Position numbers and translations under genes: made by a program
Shown: piece by piece, positions 1 to 7,033 of the stretch
How the letters are laid out: each line of letters opens with the position of its first letter
Position numbering within the stretch: the first letter of the stretch is position 1
Assembly: GCA_039799905.1 (NCBI GenBank)
Contig: JBDLRP010000037.1
Coordinates: 1 to 13,185, forward strand
Direction of reading: 5' to 3'
Length of the DNA: 13,185 nt
Source: Pseudomonadota bacterium
GTDB taxonomy: Bacteria > Bdellovibrionota_B > Oligoflexia > Silvanigrellales > Silvanigrellaceae
The notes under the pieces: model-generated
What the model was told of the DNA's origin: nothing
Databases searched by the model: none
What the model saw: the letters and a program-made list of their open reading frames with translations, nothing else

Positions 1-137
1 GTTATTTGGTAAAACCTCTCGCCGGTTGCGAACTTCTCTCGGTGTTGCCACCAAAATCTATTCACCCTTGCGTGAGGCTCTTCCCGCACTCTGTGACTTC
101 TCTCTTCTCTTTTCAAAGAACCAGCATTTCTGCGTGA
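1..137 (-). other. Probable 5' leader of an rRNA (rrn) operon; the 16S gene is expected just beyond the left edge
   Basis: The minus strand reads ...GCA-GAAA-TGC-TG-GTTCTTTGAAAA (small hairpin, then boxA), then a purine-rich tract and a GCAA-tetraloop hairpin TTTTGGTG-GCAA-CACCGAGA (56..37). It lies downstream of a near-consensus promoter and has no convincing ORF. No mature rRNA sequence is inside the window. Confidence 0.7.
110..122 (-). promoter_or_regulatory. boxA antitermination element (NusB/NusE site)
   Basis: Minus-strand GGTTCTTTGAAAA matches the widely conserved rrn boxA form (GYTCTTTGAAAA). It lies about 15 nt after the predicted start site and follows a GAAA-loop mini-hairpin. 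Confidence 0.75.
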
Positions 138-143
138 GGGCGT

Positions 144-192
144 GGTGTAGCCATGTCAGAGCGGGGTGTCAAGATTCAATTTGAATTTTTTT
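144..192 (-). promoter_or_regulatory. Strong sigma70-type promoter with UP element and GC-rich discriminator (stable-RNA type)
   Basis: Minus strand: TTGACA (172..167), 17-nt spacer, TACACC (149..144), then the GC-rich ACGCCC. Upstream is the A/T-rich AAAAAATTCAAATTGAAT. Confidence 0.75.
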
Positions 193-308
193 CGAAACCT
201 CTAACTGCAATGATTTTCTGCAAAATTTATTGAAATTTGCAGTCAGCAGAGTTAATTGGGGGTATTGAAGTTCCTTATAACGGTTAATCCCACCTCTTGG
301 AGGACTTC

Positions 309-1820
309 GTGAGCGTCGATTTTACTTCGAAGATCGCTTTGCGCGGACTCACTTTTGATGATGTTTTAATGATTCCCTCGGCATCTGATGTGCTACCTTC
401 GCAGGTGGACTTGTCAACAAGTCTTGCCCAAGGCCTAGATCTGTCGATCCCGCTTCTCTCTGCGGCAATGGACACCGTGACAGAAGCAAGGCTTGCAACT
501 CAGCTGGCACGTCTGGGCGGAATCGGCATTATTCACAAAAATATGCCGCCGGCGGAACAGGCAGCACAGGTTGCGGCTGTCAAGAGAAACGAAGCCGGAA
601 TCGTCACTCAACCACACTGTCTCAACCGCTCTGCAACAGTCGCAGATGCAAAGCGTCTGATGGTGGAGGAACGAATTTCGGGTTTGCCAATCCTCGAGGA
701 CGGCAAACTACTTGGTCTGCTCACATCGCGGGACCTGCGAGGCGCCGAGCACGAAAGCCAGTCTGTCTCCGAACTCATGACACCATTTGAAAAGCTAATC
801 ACGCTGAAGGTTCCGCAGCCCGTGGAGCGTGTCAGCGAGACACTGGCCTCTGAAGCAACGCACCTATTGCACAGACACCGCATCGAGAAGCTGCCGCTTG
901 TGGATGGGCAAAACAAATTGTGTGGGCTGATGACTTTGCGTGATTTGCGCAACCGCCGCGATTATCCGCATGCCACCAAAGATTCGCGCGGCAGGCTTCG
1001 TGTTGGTGCTGCTGTCGGCGTGAGTGAACTCGACGTCAACCAACGCGTTCCTGCTTTGATTGAAGCGGGAGTCGACCTCATTGTCGTAGACACCGCCCAC
1101 GGTCACAGCAAGGGAGTCATAGAAGCCGTTCGGAAAATCAAAGCGAGCTATGGACAAAGCGTCTTTTTGGTCGCCGGCAATATTGCCACTGGCGAAGCGG
1201 CCTTGGCCCTCGCAGATGCAGGCGTCGACGCAGTTAAAGTTGGAATCGGGCCTGGCTCCATTTGTACAACTCGGGTTGTCGCCGGCACTGGTGTTCCGCA
1301 AATCACCGCAATCATGAACGTCGCACAGGCACTACAGGACAAGAGTGTTAGAATTATTGCCGACGGCGGACTGCGCTACAGTGGCGATGTCTGCAAGGCG
1401 ATTGCTGCGGGTGCGCATGCTGTCATGGTGGGAAGCTTGTTCGCCGGAGCTGATGAGGCACCCGGAGAGCGGGTCTTGTGGCAAGGGAAAGTTTTTAAAA
1501 AATACCGCGGCATGGGTTCCATCGGAGCAATGAAATTAGGCTCGAAGGATCGCTATTTTCAGGGCTCAATTAATGACCAAAAGTTGGTTCCCGAAGGAAT
1601 TGAGGGACAGGTCCCCTACAAAGGCCCGCTCGCTGATGTCGTCCACCAACTTGCCGGAGGGTTGCGTGCAGGCATGGGATACGCGGGTGCCGCGAACATC
1701 GAAGACCTCCGTCTGCGTGCCCGTTTTGTCGAGATCACCGGAGCCGGACTGAGGGAAAGTCACGTGCACAACGTTCAGATCACTGAAGAGGCGCCAAACT
1801 ACTCAACGCGCCCGTTTTGA
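309..1820 (+). CDS. guaB: Inosine-5'-monophosphate dehydrogenase with tandem CBS domains
   Basis: Motifs [23 protein letters not shown], catalytic [38 protein letters not shown] at 309 is preferred to TTG at 297 because GGAGG (299..303) sits 5 nt upstream of it. Confidence 0.97.
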   Translation: MSVDFTSKIALRGLTFDDVLMIPSASDVLPSQVDLSTSLAQGLDLSIPLLSAAMDTVTEARLATQLARLGGIGIIHKNMPPAEQAAQVAAVKRNEAGIVTQPHCLNRSATVADAKRLMVEERISGLPILEDGKLLGLLTSRDLRGAEHESQSVSELMTPFEKLITLKVPQPVERVSETLASEATHLLHRHRIEKLPLVDGQNKLCGLMTLRDLRNRRDYPHATKDSRGRLRVGAAVGVSELDVNQRVPALIEAGVDLIVVDTAHGHSKGVIEAVRKIKASYGQSVFLVAGNIATGEAALALADAGVDAVKVGIGPGSICTTRVVAGTGVPQITAIMNVAQALQDKSVRIIADGGLRYSGDVCKAIAAGAHAVMVGSLFAGADEAPGERVLWQGKVFKKYRGMGSIGAMKLGSKDRYFQGSINDQKLVPEGIEGQVPYKGPLADVVHQLAGGLRAGMGYAGAANIEDLRLRARFVEITGAGLRESHVHNVQITEEAPNYSTRPF

Positions 1821-1826
1821 AAATCG

Positions 1827-1853
1827 GAGAGGCTTCGCGGCCTCTTTTTTTTT
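1827..1853 (+). terminator. Intrinsic terminator between guaB and guaA
   Basis: AGAGGC-ttcgcg-GCCTCT hairpin running into 9 consecutive T (1845..1853), just after the guaB stop. Confidence 0.75.
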
Positions 1854-1873
1854 GACAACTGAGGAGATTATTG

Positions 1874-3421
1874 ATGATTTTGATCGTTGATTTCGGTTCA
1901 CAATACACCGAAGTACTGCACCGTGTTGTTCGTGAGTGTGGCGCAGCGGTGAAGGTTGTTTCAGCTGGCGATAACCCTACGCCCGAGCAATTCAATCACG
2001 AGCAGATCAAGGGCGTCATACTCTCCGGTGGACCACAGAGTGTCTATTCGAAAGAATCTCCCAGCCTGCATGCTGAGTGGTTGTCAGGCGCGCGCCCTGT
2101 TCTTGGTATTTGTTATGGCATGCAACTCATGGCGCACCTTTTAGGCGGCAACGTCAGCCGGGGTAAAAACGCCGAATACGGGCCGGCAAAACTAAAATTG
2201 ATTGATGACGACTATGAGCCATTTTCGGCTGATCTTTTCATGGAACAAGTGTGGATGAGTCATGGAGATCACGTTGATGTGCTTCCGTCTGGCTTCAAGA
2301 CTGTGGCAACCAGTGAGGACGGTCTGAATGCCGTCATCTCTCACCCGCAAAAGAAGCTCTTTGGAATCCAATATCATCCGGAAGTTGTTCACACGACGCG
2401 TGGCAAGGCACTCTTGCAGCATTTTATTTCAAGCATTTGTGAATTGCAGAAAAACTCTGGGGTGACCTCACATCTGGAAAAATCCGTCGGACTGCTGAAG
2501 AAGCAGCTTGCGCAACTTGAGGACGGATCCGAAGTGATTTGCGCACTCAGCGGCGGTGTGGATTCAACCGTCGCCGCAACTCTCGTGAGCCGTGAGATTG
2601 GCAACCGGTTGCACTGTGTTTTTGTGGATACAGGCCTGCTGCGGAAAGAGGAATTCAGGAGCACACTCGAACTCTACAAGTCGAAACTCAATCTCAATGT
2701 CCATACGGTCAATGCCTCGGAGCTTTTTTTGGAAAGACTCAAAGGAATCACCGACCCGGAACAAAAGCGAAAAATCATCGGCAAGACTTTTATCGATGTG
2801 TTTGAGACGGAAAGCAAAAAGCTGAAGCGCTGCAAAGGTCTTGTGCAGGGAACAATCGCCAGCGACGTCATCGAGTCGTCTCACTCTTCGTCACAAGCGC
2901 AGGTCATCAAGAGCCACCACAACGTTGGCGGACTTCCTGATAGTATGAACATGAGTCTGGTCGAGCCGCTGCGTCACCTCTTTAAGGATGAGGTGAGGGC
3001 ACTCGGTCGAGAACTGGGCATTCCAGAGGATTTCATCCGCAGGCATCCGTTCCCCGGCCCCGGATTGGCCTTACGCATTCTGGGAGACATCACCTCCGAA
3101 AAACTAAATCTGCTGCGCGAGGTCGATGCCATTCTCATTGATCAGCTGAAGACGGATGGACTCTATGACACCGTCTGGCAAGCATTCGCCGTTTTGCTGC
3201 CGGTCAAGTCGGTCGGCGTCAAAGGTGACGGCAGAAGCTATGACTCAGTTGTTGCTTTGAGATGCGTTGGATCAACAGACGGAATGACAGCAGATTGGTC
3301 AAAACTGCCACTGCCGTTTTTGGCGCAGGTGTCGCGGCGGATTACCAACGAAATCAGTGGTATCAGCCGCGTCGTTTATGACATTACCTCCAAACCCCCC
3401 GCAACAATCGAGTGGGAGTAA
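1874..3421 (+). CDS. guaA: GMP synthase (glutamine-hydrolysing), fused GATase and ATP-pyrophosphatase domains
   Basis: DFGSQY, LSGGP, GICYGMQ (catalytic Cys), HPE, PP-loop SGGVDS, IKSHHNVGGLP, RHPFPGPGL, KPPATIEWE. RBS GAGGAG at 1861..1866; start is ATG 1874 (TTG 1871 is the alternative). Confidence 0.97.
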   Translation: MILIVDFGSQYTEVLHRVVRECGAAVKVVSAGDNPTPEQFNHEQIKGVILSGGPQSVYSKESPSLHAEWLSGARPVLGICYGMQLMAHLLGGNVSRGKNAEYGPAKLKLIDDDYEPFSADLFMEQVWMSHGDHVDVLPSGFKTVATSEDGLNAVISHPQKKLFGIQYHPEVVHTTRGKALLQHFISSICELQKNSGVTSHLEKSVGLLKKQLAQLEDGSEVICALSGGVDSTVAATLVSREIGNRLHCVFVDTGLLRKEEFRSTLELYKSKLNLNVHTVNASELFLERLKGITDPEQKRKIIGKTFIDVFETESKKLKRCKGLVQGTIASDVIESSHSSSQAQVIKSHHNVGGLPDSMNMSLVEPLRHLFKDEVRALGRELGIPEDFIRRHPFPGPGLALRILGDITSEKLNLLREVDAILIDQLKTDGLYDTVWQAFAVLLPVKSVGVKGDGRSYDSVVALRCVGSTDGMTADWSKLPLPFLAQVSRRITNEISGISRVVYDITSKPPATIEWE

Positions 3422-3450
3422 AGTCAGACTATTCCTGCCGATGATCACTT

Positions 3451-3482
3451 GAGGAGACCGTTTGAATGAGCTACGGTCCCTT
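3451..3482 (+). promoter_or_regulatory. Stem-loop in the guaA-ahcY spacer (possible weak terminator or regulatory RNA)
   Basis: GAGG-a-GACCGT (11-nt loop) ACGGTC-CCTT, followed by the U-rich GTTCATTT. Confidence 0.35.
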
Positions 3483-3520
3483 GTTCATTTGAATACCAAT
3501 TGTGCCAAAAGGAGCGCGCC

Positions 3521-4813
3521 GTGGATTACAAAGTCAAAGATATCAGTCTTGCAGTGCAGGGTCGTCGCGAAATTGAAATCGCAGAAAAAGATATGCCCGG
3601 GCTCATGATCCTGCGCGAAAAATATGGCAAGACCAAGCCACTCAAGGGTGCGCGTATTGCGGGTTGCCTGCACATGACCGTACAGACCGCAGTCCTGATT
3701 GAAACCCTGATTGACCTCGGAGCAGAAGTCCGCTGGTCAAGCTGCAACATTTTCTCAACCCAAGACACAGCAGCGGCAGCAATTGCAAAAGCAGGAATCC
3801 CTGTCTTCGCATGGCGCGGAGAGACCGAAGAAGAGTACTGGTGGTGTGTCGAGCAGACCCTGAAATTTGCCGGTGGCAAAGGCCCCAACATGATTCTCGA
3901 CGACGGCGGTGACCTCACGGCACACGTCCACAAGAAATACCCGCAGATGCTCGCAGAAATCCGCGGCATATCGGAAGAAACAACGACAGGCGTTCACCAC
4001 CTGTATCAAATGCTCAAGCGCGGCGAACTGAAAGTTCCGGCGATCAACGTCAACGACTCAGTGACCAAGAGCAAGTTCGACAACCTCTACGGCTGCCGCG
4101 AATCGCTTGTGGACGGAATCAAGCGCGCTACCGACGTCATGGTCGCAGGCAAAACGGTTGTGGTGTGCGGTTTCGGTGACGTTGGCAAGGGCTCAGCCCG
4201 TTCCATGCGCAGCATGGGTGCACGCGTTATCGTGACGGAAATTGACCCCATCAACGCATTGCAGGCAGTTATGGAAGGTTACGAAGTTCTGACGCTTGAA
4301 GAAGCACTCGCCGAAGGACACATCTTTGTGACTGCGACGGGCTGCTGCGACGTCATCAAAGCAGAGCACATGCAGAAGATGAAAGACCAAGCGATCGTCT
4401 GCAACATCGGCCACTTTGATGTCGAAATTGATGTCGCCGGGCTAAAGGCAATCGCCGGAATTCAACAAATCAATGTGAAGCCGCAGGTCGACAAGTTCAA
4501 ATTCCCGTCAGGCAACGAAATCATTCTGCTGGCAGAAGGCCGCCTTGTGAACCTTGGTTGCGCCAACGGTCACCCCTCGTTCGTGATGAGCACGAGCTTC
4601 ACAAACCAAGTACTGGCACAGATCGAACTGTGGATGAACCACAAGAACTACCCTGTTGGTGTTTACGTGTTGCCCAAGAAGTTGGACGAAGAAGTTGCTC
4701 GTCTGCACTTGGCTAAACTGGGTGTCAGCCTCACGAAGCTTTCGAGCAAACAGGCAGAGTATCTCAATATTCCTGTCGAAGGACCATACAAACCGGAAGC
4801 ATACCGCTATTAA
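3521..4813 (+). CDS. ahcY: S-adenosyl-L-homocysteine hydrolase (adenosylhomocysteinase)
   Basis: [46 protein letters not shown]-binding [24 protein letters not shown]-terminal [10 protein letters not shown]. Start placed at GTG 3521 after AAGGAG (3509..3514). Confidence 0.98.
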   Translation: MDYKVKDISLAVQGRREIEIAEKDMPGLMILREKYGKTKPLKGARIAGCLHMTVQTAVLIETLIDLGAEVRWSSCNIFSTQDTAAAAIAKAGIPVFAWRGETEEEYWWCVEQTLKFAGGKGPNMILDDGGDLTAHVHKKYPQMLAEIRGISEETTTGVHHLYQMLKRGELKVPAINVNDSVTKSKFDNLYGCRESLVDGIKRATDVMVAGKTVVVCGFGDVGKGSARSMRSMGARVIVTEIDPINALQAVMEGYEVLTLEEALAEGHIFVTATGCCDVIKAEHMQKMKDQAIVCNIGHFDVEIDVAGLKAIAGIQQINVKPQVDKFKFPSGNEIILLAEGRLVNLGCANGHPSFVMSTSFTNQVLAQIELWMNHKNYPVGVYVLPKKLDEEVARLHLAKLGVSLTKLSSKQAEYLNIPVEGPYKPEAYRY

Positions 4814-4827
4814 AAGCGGCCTGTCGC

Positions 4828-4875
4828 CAACAAAAATGCCCGCCTGCGATGAACTGCAGGCGGGCATTTTTGTTG
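4828..4875. terminator. Bidirectional intrinsic terminator between convergent ahcY and hslO
   Basis: Perfect 20-bp inverted repeat CAACAAAAATGCCCGCCTGC (4828..4847) / GCAGGCGGGCATTTTTGTTG (4856..4875) with an 8-nt loop. It gives a T-tract on both strands. Confidence 0.9.
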
Positions 4876-4929
4876 ATGTACAACGCTTGAATTCCACAGC
4901 TCTGAATTCAACGCAGACTGCTCGTTCGG

Positions 4930-5838
4930 TCAGTTGATCAGATTTGAATCAGGCGACGGCACGGACGGCTGACACTCCAGCGCGAGGTCACGTAGGCGGG
5001 CAACATCAACAGAGTAGGTTTTATTGCAGTAATGACAGCGGATTTCCGCCGGCTTGCCCTCGTCCGCAAGGCTCACCAATTCGCGCCGACCAAGTTTACG
5101 AAGCATTTGCTCAACAGAATCCTGTGAACAAGTACAACCCCAAGCGGGATTCATGCTGTTAATGGCTCGCACTTGGTGCGGGATTAGACGAGCCGCCAAG
5201 GCATCGGGATCGTGCGCGGCACTGCCGAACATCGCGCGCAGCGGAGGCAGACCATCCACATGCGACCACAACGCGTTTGCGACTTCCTCTTTGAGATGAG
5301 GGAGCTCCAGATATATGACACCAGCGGCGTACAACTGACCATCGGTTGGACTGTGCCAACAATCAATCAGGACTCTACTGCGCATCTGATAACTGGCGGC
5401 CAAATGCTCATTGACCGCAACCTGAAGCGAAGAGGTTTCTGTGCCTGTAATTCCTTCAAACAGATTTGCCGTGTTGCCCTTACTGCGCAGGGAGCGAACA
5501 ACGAGCGGTAAAATCGGATTTACTCCGGAATCCAACTTCTGGATGAGCTCGGAATCGGGGTTGCACTCGAGATAGCCCCGCGTGACTGCGTGGCGGGTCG
5601 TTTCAACGCCCATCGTGAATTCATTGCTTGACTGAACGCGCAAGTTAATGCGCTCTTCATCTTCGAGGATTGAAGCCAGCAACACACCCGTCAACAGACC
5701 TTGGCCCAATAGCTCCGCCCGACGGCCAGTCAGCTGATGCAGCGCCTGCGCATGCCTTGCCAACGAAGTGAGGTGAAGCATTCGGAAAGCGTAGCGAGTC
5801 TCGACATCGGTCCCATAAAACAGGTAATCTTGAAACAT
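4930..5838 (-). CDS. hslO: Hsp33 redox-regulated molecular chaperone
   Basis: 302 aa. C-terminal zinc centre CTCS...CHYC (CxC-x~30-CxxC), plus an Hsp33-like N-terminus (AQALHQL...LLGQGLLTGVLLAS) and AAGVIYLELP. RBS AAGGGA upstream. Confidence 0.9.
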   Translation of the reverse strand: MFQDYLFYGTDVETRYAFRMLHLTSLARHAQALHQLTGRRAELLGQGLLTGVLLASILEDEERINLRVQSSNEFTMGVETTRHAVTRGYLECNPDSELIQKLDSGVNPILPLVVRSLRSKGNTANLFEGITGTETSSLQVAVNEHLAASYQMRSRVLIDCWHSPTDGQLYAAGVIYLELPHLKEEVANALWSHVDGLPPLRAMFGSAAHDPDALAARLIPHQVRAINSMNPAWGCTCSQDSVEQMLRKLGRRELVSLADEGKPAEIRCHYCNKTYSVDVARLRDLALECQPSVPSPDSNLIN

Positions 5839-5911
5839 TTACTATCCCTTGGTGGGCGGTGAACGCACTGCCAATGGGGTCGCCTAACACAGGTCATCTG
5901 CGGAGTGAAGC

Positions 5912-6922
5912 TTGAAAGTCCTCGTCACCGGCGGTGCCGGCTACATTGGAAGCACTGTCTGTTCGGCACTTTTGGACGCGGGACACACTCCCGTCATCCT
6001 TGACTCACTCGTCACGGGTCAGGAAGTCTTCACAAAGGGCCGGATTTTCTACAAAGGCGATATCGCCGACAGCGCACTCGTATCCCGAGTGTTGAAGGAA
6101 CACCCGGACATCAAAATCGTGGTCCACTGCGCAGCGCTGATTGTCGTGCCGGAATCCATGGAACAGCCCTACGAGTATTACCTGGAAAATGTCTCAAAAT
6201 CGGTCGAGCTCTTTAACACACTGAAACAAAAAGGAATCGATGGAATCGTTTTTAGTTCATCGGCTTCGATTTATGACGTGGTCGCCGATTTCAAGGTCTC
6301 GGAAAATTCCCCACTCAATCCGCAAAGCCCCTATGCACGCACCAAATACATGATGGAAATGGTGCTCAAGGATTTCACCGCTGCTTATGACTTGAAGGCA
6401 ATTGCCTTGCGCTACTTCAATCCAATCGGCGCCGACCCGCAACTGCGCAGCGGCATTCATGTGCGTGAACCCTCTCACGCTGTCGGAAAACTCGTCGATT
6501 GTGCACGCGGGAAAATCGCGCGCTTCCAAATCACCGGAGTCGATTGGCCGACGCGCGACGGAAGCGGACTGCGTGACTACATACACGTTTGGGATTTAGC
6601 TCGGGCACATGTTGCAGCAGTAGAACAATTTGCAAATATTTTTGCCCAGCGCGGCAAAGGCGACTCATATGAAGTCATAAATCTGGGCACCGGCCGCGGC
6701 GTCACAGTGAAAGAACTCGTTGCAGCGTTCGAGCGTGTTTTTGGCAGAACGTTGAATAAAGGTGAAGCGCCACCCCGCCCAGGTGACAACGCGGGCTCCT
6801 ATGCGAGCTGCGAACGGGCCGCTCAGCTGCTCGGCTGGACAACCGAGAAGTCGATTGACGACGGTATCCTCGATGCACTGCGCTGGGGAGACCAACGAAG
6901 AAATGTCCTTGGATATGACTAA
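5912..6922 (+). CDS. galE: UDP-glucose 4-epimerase (extended SDR)
   Basis: KVLVTGGAGYIGS, AALIVVPES, FSSSA, catalytic YARTK, LRYFNPIGA, TRDGSGLRDYIHVWDLA, NLGTGRG, RPGD. TTG start with GGAG upstream. Confidence 0.92.
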   Translation: MKVLVTGGAGYIGSTVCSALLDAGHTPVILDSLVTGQEVFTKGRIFYKGDIADSALVSRVLKEHPDIKIVVHCAALIVVPESMEQPYEYYLENVSKSVELFNTLKQKGIDGIVFSSSASIYDVVADFKVSENSPLNPQSPYARTKYMMEMVLKDFTAAYDLKAIALRYFNPIGADPQLRSGIHVREPSHAVGKLVDCARGKIARFQITGVDWPTRDGSGLRDYIHVWDLARAHVAAVEQFANIFAQRGKGDSYEVINLGTGRGVTVKELVAAFERVFGRTLNKGEAPPRPGDNAGSYASCERAAQLLGWTTEKSIDDGILDALRWGDQRRNVLGYD

Positions 6923-7033
6923 AGACCGAAAGTTTTCGGGCAAACTGTATTGAAATAATACAGGCGCAAAAGCTCGTTCTCCTTCCTCAAAAACTACTTC
7001 ATAGCTCTCAGTCTAAACAACTGGGGAGCTAAC

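Noticed and set aside
69..139. Direct repeat TGCGTGAGG at 69..77 and 131..139
   Set aside because: Only two 9-bp copies, so it is not an array. It is compatible with chance or with leader RNA structure.
113..154. Minus-strand mini-ORF MATPRPHAEMLVL as a leader peptide
   Set aside because: Its ATG lies inside the promoter spacer, upstream of the predicted start site, and it has no RBS.
1786..1846. AAGAGGC in the guaB 3' end as an alternative partner for the terminator's right arm
   Set aside because: Only 7 bp, explained by the conserved EEAP codons, and the local hairpin should form preferentially.
1852..1857. Perfect TTGACA before guaA as a -35 element
   Set aside because: The matching -10 would fall inside the guaA coding sequence, so it cannot drive guaA. 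It arises from the terminator T-tract.
3431..3520. Canonical SAH riboswitch upstream of ahcY
   Set aside because: The GAGGAGCGYUGC core with a downstream AGGCUC and GCGCUC pseudoknot partner is not present. The GAGGAG and AGGAGCGC matches are partial. Kept only as a low-confidence finding.
5859..5874. sigma54 promoter for hslO (TTGGCAGTGCGTTCAC on the minus strand)
   Set aside because: The -24 GG is present but the required -12 GC is not.
6926..6939. Hairpin CCGAA-agtt-TTCGG after galE as a terminator
   Set aside because: The stem is short and there is no following U-tract.
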